A stretch of DNA of 61,150 nt, the filler included, from Nemertoderma westbladi (taxonomy: Eukaryota > Animalia > Xenacoelomorpha), in NCBI GenBank assembly GCA_032718475.1. It is 3 parts of 3 records of this genome, joined end to end, with 100 filler letters (N's around TTAATTAATTAA, not from the genome) between each part and the next. Parts side by side here need not be neighbours in the genome. Positions count along the whole stretch, not along the records: positions 19,764 to 38,830 come from JAUCBJ010004246.1; positions 38,931 to 61,150 come from JAUCBJ010002954.1; 1 more part is not named here. The stretch is one strand, 5' to 3'. Of this stretch, positions 36,844 to 49,944 are shown one piece after another. Each line of letters starts with the position of its first letter. Within the stretch, counting starts at the first letter, position 1. Position numbers and translations under genes: made by a program. The notes under the pieces were generated by a model, which did no database searches, was not told the DNA's origin, and was given only the letters and a program-made list of their open reading frames with translations.

Positions 36844-38830
36844 ATGTCTGATACTAAGCAGAAGCTGTCAGACAGTTTATTAGATGTAACTATCTGCGAC
36901 TCAGATAGAGACGTACAACCGTCTGGTCGTAAATCCAGTTCACCTCCCACTGTGAGGAAGGTCATCCCTCCAGTAGTAATAACAGAACCTAGGCTGGTCC
37001 AACATCGTAGGTCTATCATAGGCACTCGAGCTCAGGTCAAGCGGGACCAAAAGGCAGCGGAACAGCAACAACCCGCTAGTCAAGAACTTATTCCTCAGCG
37101 GCCCAGCAGCTCCAGTAGTGAGGATACTGTGGAGCTGACACCCGAGCGCGGAGCAGAGATGACGGATGCGGTTTATACGGATCCCCTTCTCATCCTTCCT
37201 GCAGCCGTGCTCGCTGGGTTATTGATCGCGGTGGAAGAACACCAGATCGATTGGGCGAGAAGTCAACGGTCAACTAGAGATAGCTACGCGGGATACACGA
37301 GTGAAGAACTGAAGTCTATTGTCGAGTCGCAATGGAACTTCCCCGGACCCGGACTCCCGTTTGATTTATCAGAAGCTGCCTGGGAAGACATACACCGGAT
37401 GGGAGTAGCCAAGGAAACCATCGATCCAGCTGTATGGAAGAGGTCCGCAGCCGGATACGCCCAGGGATTCTTCAGCTCTATGGAGCGAGTAGAGAGACAA
37501 CTGTTTCAACAACCTCAAGGACCTCAAGAGCAGGGATCGCTGCTTTATCAAGTTAGAGAAAGAGTTTTGCGGATTAGGCTAATCTTATCCGCCTTTGAGG
37601 AGGCTTCTAAAAGAAAACAAGACACGTCGTTGCAAGTTGCCGTAAAAACTTGGTTTCAACGGGTGAGTCGCCAGGTTCAAGGAGCAGCTCAGTGGAAAGC
37701 TCAGTTGGAGGAGCGCTCAACCCATGGAGAATCGACGGACGCTATTTTTTCCCAAGTGGAAAGTGAAGCGACGGCAGAGAAACCGCATAAGAAGGATGCC
37801 ATTGATATCTATCTGTCAGACTATCAGCGTTTTTTGGGAGATGATGAGTTGAGGAGAAGGTTAGAGGGACTTAGCCCTAATAGCGAAGGAGCCAAACTCG
37901 TGTTAGATGCGATTGATGTGGATAGGTTAGCGGCGAACCAAGCTAAATTCGATGAACAACTCCGCATCGCTAGAGAACAAGAAGAACAAGTAAAGAAAAG
38001 ACGTATAGAAGATAGAAAGACAGCGGCAGTGGCAGCAGCAGTGGCAGAGGCAGAAGCGGAAAGAAAGGCGGCAGCAGCAGTAGCAGCGGCAGAAGCGGAA
38101 AGAAAAGCGGCAGTGGCAGTGGCAGTGGCAGAGGCCGAAGCGGAAAGGAAAGCGGCATCGGCAGTGGCAGAGGCCGAAGCGGAAAGAAAAGCGGCATTGG
38201 CAACAGCAGAGGCAGTGGTAGAAGCCGAACGGAGGGCATCTGAAGAGGCAACCCAACTAGAGTTGGAAATTCTTCAAGAGAAGCAAGACAACTTCAATAA
38301 ACAGTTAACAGCGAGCAATATGCAGATGATGAGTCGATCTACTCCCAAGAGACAGGGGTATACATCATCTGAGGAAGGCGATACCACCGACACTGAAGGC
38401 GGAAGAAATCGATCTCGCCTAAGCAGACGTAAAAGAACATTCCACCGGCAGAAATTGCCTGATTTGCCTCCAGCTGTTAGAAGGCAACTAAATAACACCA
38501 AAGTAGGTAGTACAGAACCCACAGACCAAATAATTACAATAGAGAGACTCCCTACTATAGTAGATGAGCCTGAAATAATTAGGCCTGTTCCCGAAGCTAC
38601 CCTTTCGGTCGTAGAGACACCTGTACTCCCTGAACCTACTTCTCAATTCCCTTTGCACAGCACTAAGCTACCTGTGCCCAACAGAACAGTCCATGAGACA
38701 GTGCATACCCTGGACTCCGAGCGAAATATTCCAGATTTGTCGCCCGTTGTCCCTCGTCCGCCCGCTACAACGTTGGCGACTCCCGCTTCGGCGGTCGAAT
38801 GGGTGGACGAGAGACGACGGGGGATGGATA
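36844..38830 (+). CDS. Uncharacterised intronless ORF (>660 aa) with Ala/Glu coiled-coil repeats, possibly retroelement gag/ORF1; runs into gap
   Basis: Long uninterrupted frame from ATG 36844 with (AAVAEAEAERK)n repeats, a basic RNRSRLSRRKR patch and a Pro/Thr-rich tail. No domain recognised. Confidence 0.6.
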
Positions 38831-38930
38831 NNNNNNNNNNNNNNNNNNNNNNNNNNNNNNNNNNNNNNNNNNNNTTAATTAATTAANNNNNNNNNNNNNN
38901 NNNNNNNNNNNNNNNNNNNNNNNNNNNNNN
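38831..38930. other. Scaffold gap with TTAATTAATTAA linker
   Basis: 44 N + linker + 44 N. Confidence 0.95.
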
Positions 38931-39994
38931 TTTCAGATGTAAACAATTTCCCAGCAAAGATAGATAGATTCAGATATAAACAACTTTCGCAGATGTAGTT
39001 GGTATCGAAACATTAATCATTTATTTTATTAAAAACAATACAGCCTTTCCTGCAATATTTTAGTAATTTTTCTTGTTAATAGTTTATTAATAGTTAAAGT
39101 TAATTATATTAATTATAATTAATATTATTAAATAATGATACTGTGCTTATTAGTATATTACATTTAAAATATTTATTGTTTGTTTGTTACGCTAAAGGGA
39201 AGGCAGGAAGAGGTACAGTACCTCTGTACAGTACTGTTACTGCCGAATATGGCGAAACACTTTAACATTCCCCATATTGCCCTGATTGCCAGCTGATACA
39301 GTGGAGTTTATTATATCCAGACGATGAAGGAAGATGGGAAGGTGGGAATCAAACGATGTTTTTACCTTCCAATTGAAGGAAAAGAGCAGGTTACAGCGGC
39401 GGCAATTTCTACCCAAAACAATAAACGATGTTGTTGAAAAGTTTCACCCACCGCCGAAAAATACAAGTTTCAGAATTCTTATGCAATTTTTAGATATTCC
39501 ATTGAATTCAGAACCTTCACAAATCCGTATAACGCAAGAAACCCCATACTTTCCGAAAAATACAAGTTTGAGATGTATAGTTGTTAGATAAATATTTATT
39601 CCATTGAATTCAAAGCCCCCTTAAACCTCTAAAATGTAAGATAGGACTATTGAATGAATTTTCAAAATTTCTTGCTGGCACCAAATTTTGCACACGGCAC
39701 CGAAAAATACAACGTTGATGATATGCCTGGTGCAATTCATATATATTCCAACGAGACTAGAACGCCTAAAACCCTTATTGTGGAAAAAACTGCTTCAAAT
39801 AATCAATTTACAAAATTGAAATATTTCAAAATTTGGGGCTGGCACCAAAATGTGGCACCCGCCGCTAAAAACAAGATTAAAATTTATAGCTTATTTTATA
39901 TGAATTCCATTTTAGTTAGTTTCAGTTAGTCTTTTAGTTAGTAGCGCTGGTTTCAGAGAGGGGTGAGGGGGGTGTTATATTGACTGACATGGGC

Positions 39995-40165
39995 AGAAAC
40001 TCCAGTATTCATTTTAGCTACCATTTAAGGATGCAAGGCAGAGATGCCTCGCTAAACCCTTCAAGGCATTCGTGACGAAACGAAAACTACCTTGGACCCC
40101 ATGCCGGGGTTGAACCCACAACCTCCGTGAGATGTGAATTCAATATAACCACTACACCAAGGTGG
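39995..40165 (-). mobile_element. tRNA-derived SINE, copy 2 (5' half)
   Basis: Minus strand reads A-box TGGTGTAGTGG, B-box GGTTCAACCCC, then core catctctgccttgcatccttaaatggtagctaaaatgaatac. Confidence 0.75.
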
Positions 40166-40374
40166 AACAAGTGTCAGATACCGTCAGATCAGATCAGATC
40201 AGATTAGGACAGACGTTTTAGCCAACCTATTCATCGTGGTACAGTACCGGTACTGTATAGTATAACATGCTGTAGGAATATAGCTGTGGCAGTATTGTGA
40301 CTGTCGTCTTAATGAAAAACCAGATCGCATTCATTTAAAACTTTGCTCAGTAGCTCAATTCAACAACAAACAGC

Positions 40375-41358
40375 ATGTCATGTACAAAACGCTATATGGG
40401 ATACAAGGTGGGGTCTGTTGGATTCTTTCCAGTGCTCAATCAATCCACCACGGAAGTTCGCATCTGTACGGGATCATGGGATGAACCGGAGAATCGTTTG
40501 AGTGTATGTCGCGTTGTATCGGACACGGCAGACACAGTCCAAGTGGAACTTCTCTCTCAGATAAAACATGTCCATGACGTGATGGACTTACACTGTCCGA
40601 GTCCGGATTGCGTAGTCAGCGCTTCGGGTTCTGGTAGTGTCTACCTGTATAGCTACGTTGGCAACTCGCTCCAATGTTCGGGAGAGTTTAAATCCTCAGA
40701 ATGCGCCGTCAATAAGGTGTATTCCGTGATCCCTGACGTAGTTAGCTGTGGGGAGGATGGCTCGATTAACGTGTCGCGTTTGGAACGTGGAGGTTTAGAT
40801 AAATACTGCGGTAAACGCGATACGTGCGCTGTGAATGGACTCAATGTTAACCGCAATCTGGAGGTGGTAACAGCGAACGCCGCGGGTCAACTGAAGCTGT
40901 GGGACACCCGGGCGTCTGGGAACGGACCGGAGCGGACGCTCTCCGTTGCCGGGGGAACCACGGTTGGTTTACTCTGCGTCGACAGACATTCTTACCAACA
41001 ACACTCTTTAGCGACAGGTTCAGTAGATGGGCGTCTGTGTTTCTGGGACCTCCGTAAGGAAGGCACCCCGGTTGTCCTTCTAGAAGGAAACTCTTCCCCG
41101 ATCTGGGACCTTCGGTTCAACCCCAATCAACCGGAGTTCCTATACAGCTGTTCCGGGAACGGGGCCGTCTGGCAGTGGAATGTTTCCAATGGGGACTGGT
41201 TGGCAACCGAGTTGGAACGCCGGTTAGACATTGTTCCAATCTTGTCGCCCTCTGCCGGTACCGAAACAATGTCTGTGAATAGTTTGGATATCCTTGGAGA
41301 TATAGCTTTATGTGGGTCTGATGATGAATCGATCTACATATTCACTGGTATTGTTTAA
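40375..41358 (+). CDS. NUP43: Nucleoporin Nup43 (WD40 propeller), intronless
   Basis: TGSWDEPEN, TANAAGQLKLWD, RHSYQQHSLATG..DG....WDLR, IWDLRFNPNQPEFLYSCS, SVNSLDILG...LCGSDDESIY match the characteristic Nup43 motifs in order. Confidence 0.88.
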   Translation: MSCTKRYMGYKVGSVGFFPVLNQSTTEVRICTGSWDEPENRLSVCRVVSDTADTVQVELLSQIKHVHDVMDLHCPSPDCVVSASGSGSVYLYSYVGNSLQCSGEFKSSECAVNKVYSVIPDVVSCGEDGSINVSRLERGGLDKYCGKRDTCAVNGLNVNRNLEVVTANAAGQLKLWDTRASGNGPERTLSVAGGTTVGLLCVDRHSYQQHSLATGSVDGRLCFWDLRKEGTPVVLLEGNSSPIWDLRFNPNQPEFLYSCSGNGAVWQWNVSNGDWLATELERRLDIVPILSPSAGTETMSVNSLDILGDIALCGSDDESIYIFTGIV

Positions 41359-41659
41359 TTTATGGATTAATTACAAACTAGTTAATATTCACCAGTCTAG
41401 AAGTTAAGTAAAACTACTTAGAATTGAGTTAAAATTTAATGAGTTAAACAATATAGAATCATAAAACTCAATCATATACAAATTGTTTACTTTAACAGTA
41501 TTCAGTATTATTTTATTTTGTGCAATAAATATGTACCTACTTTGAAATATTTTTTCAGAGCCATATAAATGTGTCGGAAAATTCTGCTAAATTGATTCTA
41601 TTCTTCCTGAATGAATTGAGTTTTGAACGGGACACTAAAGGGACATCTCGCCATTTTTT

Positions 41660-42820
41660 TTCCCTATATAATAAGTCAGTATCCCGAAATAGTAACTCGG
41701 GATTCCGAGATAATAAGTCGGGATCCCGAGTTGGCCGTTTTCGTTTCGGCACGAATGCTTTAAAGGGACCAGCCAGGGCGCATCTCTGCCTTGCATCCCT
41801 AAGTGGTAGCTAAATGAGTACTAGAGTTTCCTTTGGGGATTAAAGTTCTGGGGGGACCGCACTGGAAATAAGTCGTCAGACTTTGTGTCCCTGGCCTAGC
41901 GGCCGAAGAAAACTTTACTTTTACTTTACTTTTTAAGATATTAACTCGGGATCCCGAGATATTAAATCGGGATCCCGAGATAGAAACTTGGGATACCGAG
42001 ATAGTAACTCCCAAGATATTAACTCGTATCCCGTGATAGTAACTCGGGATCCCGAGATATTAACTCGGATCCCGTGATAGTATACTATTTCGGTATCCCG
42101 AGATATTAACTCGGGATACCAAGATAGTAACTCAGGATCCCAAGATATTAACTCGGGATCCCGAGATAGTAACTCGGGATCCCGAGATAGTAACTCGGGA
42201 TACCAAGATAATATGTCGGGATCCCGAGATAATAAGTCGGGATCCCGAGATATTAACTCGGGATCCCGAGATAGTAACTCGGGATCCCGAGATAGTAACT
42301 CGGGATACCAAGATAATATGTCGGGATCCCGAGATAATAAGTCGGGATCGCGAGATAGTAACTCATGATCCAAAGATATTAACTCGGATCCCGTGATAGT
42401 ATACTATTTCGGCATCCCGAGATATTAACTCGGGATACCGAGATAGTAACTCAGGATCCCAAGATATTAACTCGGATCCCGTGATAGTATACTATTTCGG
42501 CATCCCGAGATATTAACTCGGGATACCGAGATAGTAACTCGGATCCCAGATATTAACTCGGATCCCGTGATAGTATACTATGTCGGGATCCCGAGATATT
42601 AACTCGGGATCCCGAGATAGTAACTCGGGATCCCGAGAATACTCGGATCCGATTACTATCCGGATACCGGATACCCGGATAGTTACTATCGGGATCCCGA
42701 GTTAATATCTCGGGATCCCGAGTTACTATCTCGGGTATCCCGAGTTAATATCTCGGGATCCCGAGTCACTATCACGGGATCCGAGTTAATATCTTTGGAT
42801 CATGAGTTACTATCTCGCTA
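41660..42820. repeat. 21-bp minisatellite (GAGATAGTAACTCGGGATCCC)n with terminal inversion
   Basis: Forward array 41935-42640 plus a stub at 41660-41730; reverse-orientation units at ~42680-42820. Confidence 0.92.
41733..41935 (+). mobile_element. tRNA-derived SINE, copy 3 (5'-truncated), inserted in the minisatellite
   Basis: Shares core and (CTTTA)n tail with copy 1. Confidence 0.78.
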
Positions 42821-44984
42821 GGTTTTTTTGGACACTGTTCACAAATATTGAACTCAAATAGAACATTCTAGAAACTTTTTGGTAATGTTGAATGTGCTCT
42901 CTGGGTCAACGAAAAAATCTCGTAGTGCAAATATGATAATAATAAATCACCACAAAATTAAATTGATTTTATGACCATGTGGTTTTTTTGGATTGCTGAT
43001 CACGAATAAAAACAATTTTTTCGATTTGTGTCAATGTGCGGCACGAAAAATACAAGTAGCAAAATTTTGATAACCAAACATCATTACCAAATCAACCTGA
43101 TTTTTAGACATAATAGGTTTTCTGGGACGCTGATCACGAATGTGACACTCAAAAATATCATATTATCCACCAAATTCGCTTTTTGCAATTTGAAATGTTT
43201 GCTACTTGTAATTTTCGTCCCACCAGACAAGCACCAAAATTGACAGTTGCGTTACCACGAATGATTCGTATCGTGTTGTATCGTGATCAGCGACCTTGAA
43301 AACCAGTATAGCTTCATAATTACCAAACCAAAGGCATGAGCAAGTACAGTAATATACTTATCTGCAGTTTGGGCCTATCCATTCAATAAATAGTAGTAGC
43401 TTACTAGGCCCTTATGAGTACCAGCAGCTGGTGTTTCTATCGTTGAGTTGATGGCAATTATCGTGTTTTCATTTTCGCTCACTCATGGTACTGGTTTGAG
43501 GGGCAGGTTCGTTTAAAGCCAGCTTGTTGGCTTTCTAGTATTTTACTGTATAATGCCAACAGGTGCAAAAATATATTTATCTATTTTTACATACTTTCAG
43601 TAAAATTTCAAGTAGCAAGAAGGCGTTATTAAAGCTTCATTGATTCTTTCAATCTTATTCCATAATTGGTTGAATGTCTCTTTCATTACATTTAGGGAAT
43701 TAATACAATTAAAAAGGGTAAATATTGTTCATAGGATTAGTATTATATTAGTTTTATTGTATGTAAAATACAATAAACAAAGGAGAATGATAGCTAGCTA
43801 ATAATTCATGTTATGTTAGTTTTAATACCGCCTAGTATAGTGGAGTGGCTTAGTGAAAAATTGTGACAAAAATGCCAAAAGTACCGGTATTTTGTTAGTA
43901 ACTATGGGTACTGGGTTGATGACAAAAATCCCATGCTCCATAATAACCATATACGTCATTGTTCATAAAGTAGCACTTTATACTGTAGCGTTACGGCGTT
44001 AACGAGGGCCGCAAATGCTTTAAAGTGATAATTACGAACAATGGCGAATCTAATCTAAGTTATGCACTTAAACTTTCTAGAATAACCTAATAATGACACA
44101 GTGACATACTGGACATACAGTACATAGTAAAATGTATGGCTTAGGGACATACTGAGAAATAATGTCGCACTGCGATATAAAGTTGGAAAATATGTCGCCC
44201 TGGCGATTTGGTAGTGCGAAATTAATTCTATACAAATAAATAAAATGTTTCTATTTGAACATATATTTTTCCTGGAAATTCTAAAGAATTTGGCATTATA
44301 CTATACTACTACAGGAATATCGCCATGTTGCATTGCATTATATGTTTTATTCCAAAATTGTAACATTACTCAACGCCGTTAGTATTAACAGCGAGTTGTT
44401 ATTTTGCACTTCACAACTTTTGAGGACATTACAACATTGTATTGGCCTGTACCACTTAGTATTGTATTTGGTGTTATCCGTTAAGTAATGTCCTCTTAGT
44501 GGACATTACTTAACGCCGCCATTGATTACCACGTAAACATTAGGTGGAAATTTGCCTGACAGCCAGATAGGCCTACTGCATTACCTACCGGTAGGCGGGA
44601 TATAGCTATTAATAACCAGTAGGGCCTAGCTATATTATTATAACATGGCTCCACACGCCACCATAAATATATACTAACTTATTTATAACATAATTTATGT
44701 TATTTTTACATTTATTTATGCAGCAACTAATTCAATTTTTGCAGTTTTTATCACTTATAATATATATACAAACTACATACAAAAAAAGTTGTTGCAAAGT
44801 ACTTTACAGTGTTCTGATCCTCGTGTCTTTATTCTCACTCACTCACTAACGCTCGTTCGTGTAACAAAGCCTCTCGGATCATCACACTGTAAAGTGCTAC
44901 TTTACACACAAGTATGTAAATAGTTATTACATATATAATATTAAGAATGCAGTCCACAAAATAGTGCCACCACAACTTATCACC

Positions 44985-46260
44985 CGACATTTGCTAGATC
45001 ATCCGCATCTTCAAGACTAGTGCTGAAGTGTCCTTTACAAGGCGCCCAGATCATGGGCTTTTGCCATGCTTAGCTTATTCAGTCCATGAGGCCGCCAAAG
45101 CATAAGATGGAACACTAGCTGCACCTCACGGCGAAAGCAATGCCCTGCGAAGCGGAGGCGGCTTCGTTCACGAGTCAGGCTTGGGAAAACTAATGAAACA
45201 CCTCCGATGTTTTATATATTCAGATTACTCTGATTGTGGATGTGTTCATTGTTCTACTTGACACAATGAACACAGCGTTCTTGTATAAGTGCTATCCAGA
45301 GATTTGGTGTTCTCAGCAATTCGACCCCAGCATGTAACTCCCATATGGGATTACTACATAGTTCTATTAATTGTGGCCCTTCAAATCATACATAATAGAA
45401 CCTTAAGATTCCGTTTTATTCTATTGGACTTCTAAAGCATTTTGTATGAGTAAATCGGATGAGCCGATCGGACATTTCCTGAGGCCGTCCAATTTCTTGT
45501 TTTCGTTTTCTTGTAGTTTACAAAAAGACCAACACTAGAAGCAGCCTGCTCCAATGAGCAGAGGAACCTTTGAGCTCCTACCAGCTGTTCAGACAGCACT
45601 CCTCACTCATTATTACAGTCTATAGTTCAGTACGGTACTGTTATTTGGCTGGATTTGATCAACTTATTGTTCCCGTAGGGGTCTTACCATCACACCATCC
45701 TTATTAAGATAGTCTAGAGTTTTGTAAAACATAATCAATTATGAACAAGACTGGTGCAATTGTGTCACCCTGAACCACTCTCCATAGGACTTAGAATGCA
45801 TTTTTGTTATCATCAACAGTAGCCACAAGTGTAAACCATCGTACAGTGATAATCTGATTGCTGCAATAATTTCTTCAGGAATCCCATATGCTGCCAGTTT
45901 GCTGAAAATACGTGGTTGGGAGTCGTAATCAAAGACATTCAAGAAGTCAGCAAAGATAACAGCCAGATGTCTGTCATTCTTTTTTTTGATAACTCTTCAA
46001 TTATCCTTCTAAGTGGCAAAATGGGCTCCATGCTGCCATGGTCCTACGACCTTTACGGAAGCCATTCTGTTTTCCAAGTAGCAGTCCCTCAATGGGTCCC
46101 TGATGCAATTGAATATATTTCTACTGTATTATATAGCTTCGCAGCAGTCGAGACAAAAAATCCATAGAGAGATATGTTGTCCTTCTTGGAACTGGCACCA
46201 ACTTATTTGTTTTCATTTCTTGGGGGACTCTTTTTGTCCTATATGTCCACGATGACTGGG
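44985..46260 (-). mobile_element. Old degenerate RTE LINE copy
   Basis: Colinear with 12540-13910 (gacatttgctagatcatccgcatcttcaag ... gaactggcaccaacttatttgttttcatttcttg) with many indels. Confidence 0.88.
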
Positions 46261-46394
46261 AGAACTGAGGAATCCGCAGGTTTAGGGATTGCCGTGCCTG
46301 GTGTGATTTGCTGATAACGTGTGAAGTTGCAATTGGGTTACGAGTAAACTGGAACTGGTATATGACGAGGTTACCACGTTATCTGTGTCACAAG

Positions 46395-48560
46395 TTGAGT
46401 TACAGTTCCTTCACGAGTTGGTTACAGCTAGCTCAGCCATTAGTGGTTTACAGCTCAGTCACAAGTGAGTTACAGCTCGGTCACAAGTGAGTTACAGCTC
46501 GATCACAGGTGAGTTACAGCTCGGTCTTGAGTGGGTTACAGCTCAGTAACAAGTGGGTAACAGCTCGGTCACAAGTGAGTTTAAGCTCGGTCACAAGTGA
46601 GTTACAGCTCGGCCACAGGTGAGTTAGAGCTCGGCCATGAGTGGGTTGCATCTCGGTCACGAGTAGGTTACAGCTCGGTCACACTCGTCACTCACAAGTG
46701 AGTTACATCTCGGTCACGAGTGGGTTTCAGCTCGGTCACGAGTAGGTTACAGCTCGGTCACAATAAGTGAATAACAGTTTGGACACAAGTGAGTTAGTGC
46801 TAGGTCACAAGTGAGTTACAGCTCGGTCACAAGTGAGTTATAGCTCGTTCATGAGTGGGTTACAGCTCGGTCACAAGTGAGTTACAGCTCGGTTACAAAT
46901 AAGTTGCAGCTCGGTTGCAGGTGTGTTACAGTTCGATCAGGAGTAGGTTACAGCTCGGTCACGAGTGGGTTACAGCTCGGTCACAAGTGGGTTACAGCTC
47001 GGTTACAAATAAATTGCAGCTCGGTTACAGGTGAGTTACAGCTCGATCATGAGTAGGTTACAGCTCGGTCACGAGTGGGTTACAGCTCGGTCACAAGTGG
47101 GTTACAGCTCGGTTACAAATAAATTGCAGCTCGGTTACAGGTGAGTTACAGCTCGATCATGAGTAGGTTACAGCTCGGTCACGAGTGGGTTACAGCTCGG
47201 TCACAAGTGGGTTACAGCTCGGTTACAAATAAGTTGCAGCTCGGTTGCAGGTGTGTTACAGTTCGATCAGGAGTAGGTTACAGCTCGGTCACGAGTGGGT
47301 TACAGCTCGGTCACAAGTGAGTTACAGCTCGGTTGCAAATAAGTTGCAGCTCGGTTACAGGTGAGTTACAGCTCGATCATGATTAGGTTACAGCTCGGTC
47401 ACGAGTGGGTTACAGCTCGGTCACAAGTGAGTTACAGCTCGGTTACAAATAAGTTGCAGCTCGGTTGCAGGTGTGTTACAGTTCGATCAGGAGTAGGTTA
47501 CAGCTCGGTCACGAGTGGGTTACAGCTCGGTCACAAGTGGGTTACAGCTCGGTTACAAATAAATTGCAGCTCGGTTACAGGTGAGTTACAGCTCGATCAT
47601 GAGTAGGTTACAGCTCGGTCACGAGTGGGTTACAGCTCGGTCACAAGTGAGTTACAGCTCGGTTGCAAATAAGTTGCAGCTCGGTTACAGGTGAGTTACA
47701 GCTCGATCATGATTAGGTTACAGCTCGGTTACGAGTGGGTTACTGAACTAGAGATATATCCCAGAGTTAGTGCTAGGTCACAAGTGAGTTACAGCTCGGT
47801 CACAAGTGAGTTATAGCTCGTTCATGAGTGGGTTACAGCTCGATCACAACTGGGTTACTGAACTAGAGATATATCCCAGAGTTAGTGCTAGGTCACAAGT
47901 GAGTTACAGCTCGGTCACAAGTGAGTTATAGCTCGTTCATGAGTAGGTTACAGCTCGGTCACGAGTGGGTTACAGCTCGGACACAAGTGGGTTACAGCTC
48001 AGTTACAAATAAGTTACAGCTCAGTCGCAATAGAGTTACAGCTCGGTTACAAATAAGTTGCAGCTCGGGTACAGGTGAGTTACTGCTCGATCATGAGTAG
48101 GTTGCAGCTCGGTTACGAGTGGGTTACTGAACTAGAGATATATCCCTGAGTTAGTGCTAGGTCACAAGTGAGTTACAGCTCGGTCACAAGTGAGTTATAG
48201 CTCGTTCATGAGTGGGTTACAGCTCGGTCACAAGTGAGTTACAGTTCGGATACAAATAAGTTGCAGCTCGGTTACAGGTGTGTTACAGTTCGATCATGAG
48301 TGGGTTACAGCTCGGTTACGAGTGGGTTACAGCTCGGTCACAAGTGAGTTACAGCTCGGTTACAAATAAATTGCAGCTCGGTTACAGGTGAGTTACAGCT
48401 CGATCATGAGTAGGTTACAGCTCGGTCACGAGTGGGTTACAGCTCGGTCACAAGTGAGTTACAGCTCGGTTACAAATAAGTTACAGCTCGGTTACAGGTG
48501 AGTTACTGCTCGATCATGAGTAGGTTACAGCTCGGTTACGAGTGGGTTACTGAACTAGAG
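46395..48560. repeat. 22-bp satellite (GTTACAGCTCGGTCACAAGTGA)n with 110-bp higher-order repeat
   Basis: Monomer variants recur every 110 bp (gagtaggtta at 46941, 47051, 47161, 47271). Confidence 0.95.
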
Positions 48561-49433
48561 ATATATTCCTATCCTTTCCTATCCCATTCATATCCTTCAT
48601 CAGGAATCACGACGTGATTGACCTGTCTTAGTAGTAGACATTTCCTATGAAAATTAAGCCTATTGTATCTAATTTGATACATGTTATTTATGAAATGATC
48701 TCAAATATTATTATTTACAGGTGTTTTACAATTTTTATACCAAAACTTATTTTTTTTGCTATTCTTAATAACGAAAAAACGATTTCGTGTGACATATCAA
48801 ATTTATATACGAGTAATTAATGTTTTAAAATTTTAAAATAGGCCTATGACTTAATGGTAAAACGAACGAAACCTTATATACAATTATAATTTAAAGTTAC
48901 ATAACTTGATGGTAGGTGGTGCTACTGTACATTATATCAAACGAAGCCACAATAAGTATAGAATACGATATAACATTGTAATATTGATTTATTTGTTTTA
49001 ATTTAAAAACCATACAGTACAATTGATTAAATAATTACTACAGTATAATACTGTATATACAGTATTATAGTAGTTTAGTTCAGTCAATCGATAGTCATTC
49101 GTGGACTAATGTTTATTTTCACAAAATTTGGGAATAATCTCACCAATAGTTATCTGGTTGCTATGCAAAATACTGAAATATTGAAATGGAAAGTGTCAAT
49201 ATGGTCAGTTTTTTTGGAGCACGTGATTTTTGTGATCTATGTACCCAAAGGTAGGCCCTACTTACAGCAAATGATTGGAAAGTTAGTCACTTTTCTAACA
49301 ATTTCACACTTTTTTTGTCACTTATGCCACTCCATTCTAGGTATCCTAAGTAATACAATTGATAAAGGGCAATGTGGGGAAAATACATTTTCGAAAACAG
49401 TATAATTAATTATAGTTATACTGTTATGCCCCT

Positions 49434-49691
49434 TCAGCATTTACATAGAATCTTTGACAACAGTTTAACAGTTGCTTTGCGAAAAGTGTTGTTGAGTGAA
49501 ACATAGAAAAAGAAGTTGACTCCACAGGCCAATTGAAACAGCATTATAATCCAGTAGAAGGTGATCCCAAAGGTTTTGTAGGATATCGTTGGATTATTAA
49601 TGAATATCGGAGCGGGAGCCAAACACACAACAAAAACTATGAAACTCACCAGCATCATCAGACAGCCATGTGCACGACGCTCGACCTCTTT
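49434..49691 (-). CDS. Class A GPCR exon 2 (TM6-TM7, helix 8)
   Basis: Acceptor ...cattctcAG at 49692, in frame: KEVERRAHGCLMMLVSFIVFVVCLAP...NFFFYVSLNNTFRKA. Confidence 0.8.
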   Translation of the reverse strand, partial: KEVERRAHGCLMMLVSFIVFVVCLAPAPIFINNPTISYKTFGITFYWIIMLFQLACGVNFFFYVSLNNTFRKATVKLLSKILCKC

Positions 49692-49944
49692 CTGAGAATG
49701 TACAATAAGAAAGTTAGAATATAATAGCTAAAAGCGAATCGGTAATAGTTTAAGCAACATTTATAACAATTCTAACAATAATTGTTTTATTAAAAAAATG
49801 TAAATCATTTCTCAAATTGTTAAGTGTTTCACAATCTTTTTTAAGAAGATCCTCAAAGGTTCTTATAAAGTGTTACATTATAAGACCATGAACTTAGACT
49901 ATGAAGTTGTTAGTAAAATTATTTATATTTATTTTTCTAGTTAC

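Noticed and set aside
40095-40165. Functional tRNA gene
   Set aside because: Has A/B boxes but I see no acceptor-stem pairing or poly-T terminator; it continues into the SINE core shared with two other copies.
41933-42373. SRDPELL-repeat ORF, and similar ORFs at 496-955, 1246-2335, 4161-4523 and 47361-47606
   Set aside because: Products of tandem repeats lacking stops in one frame.
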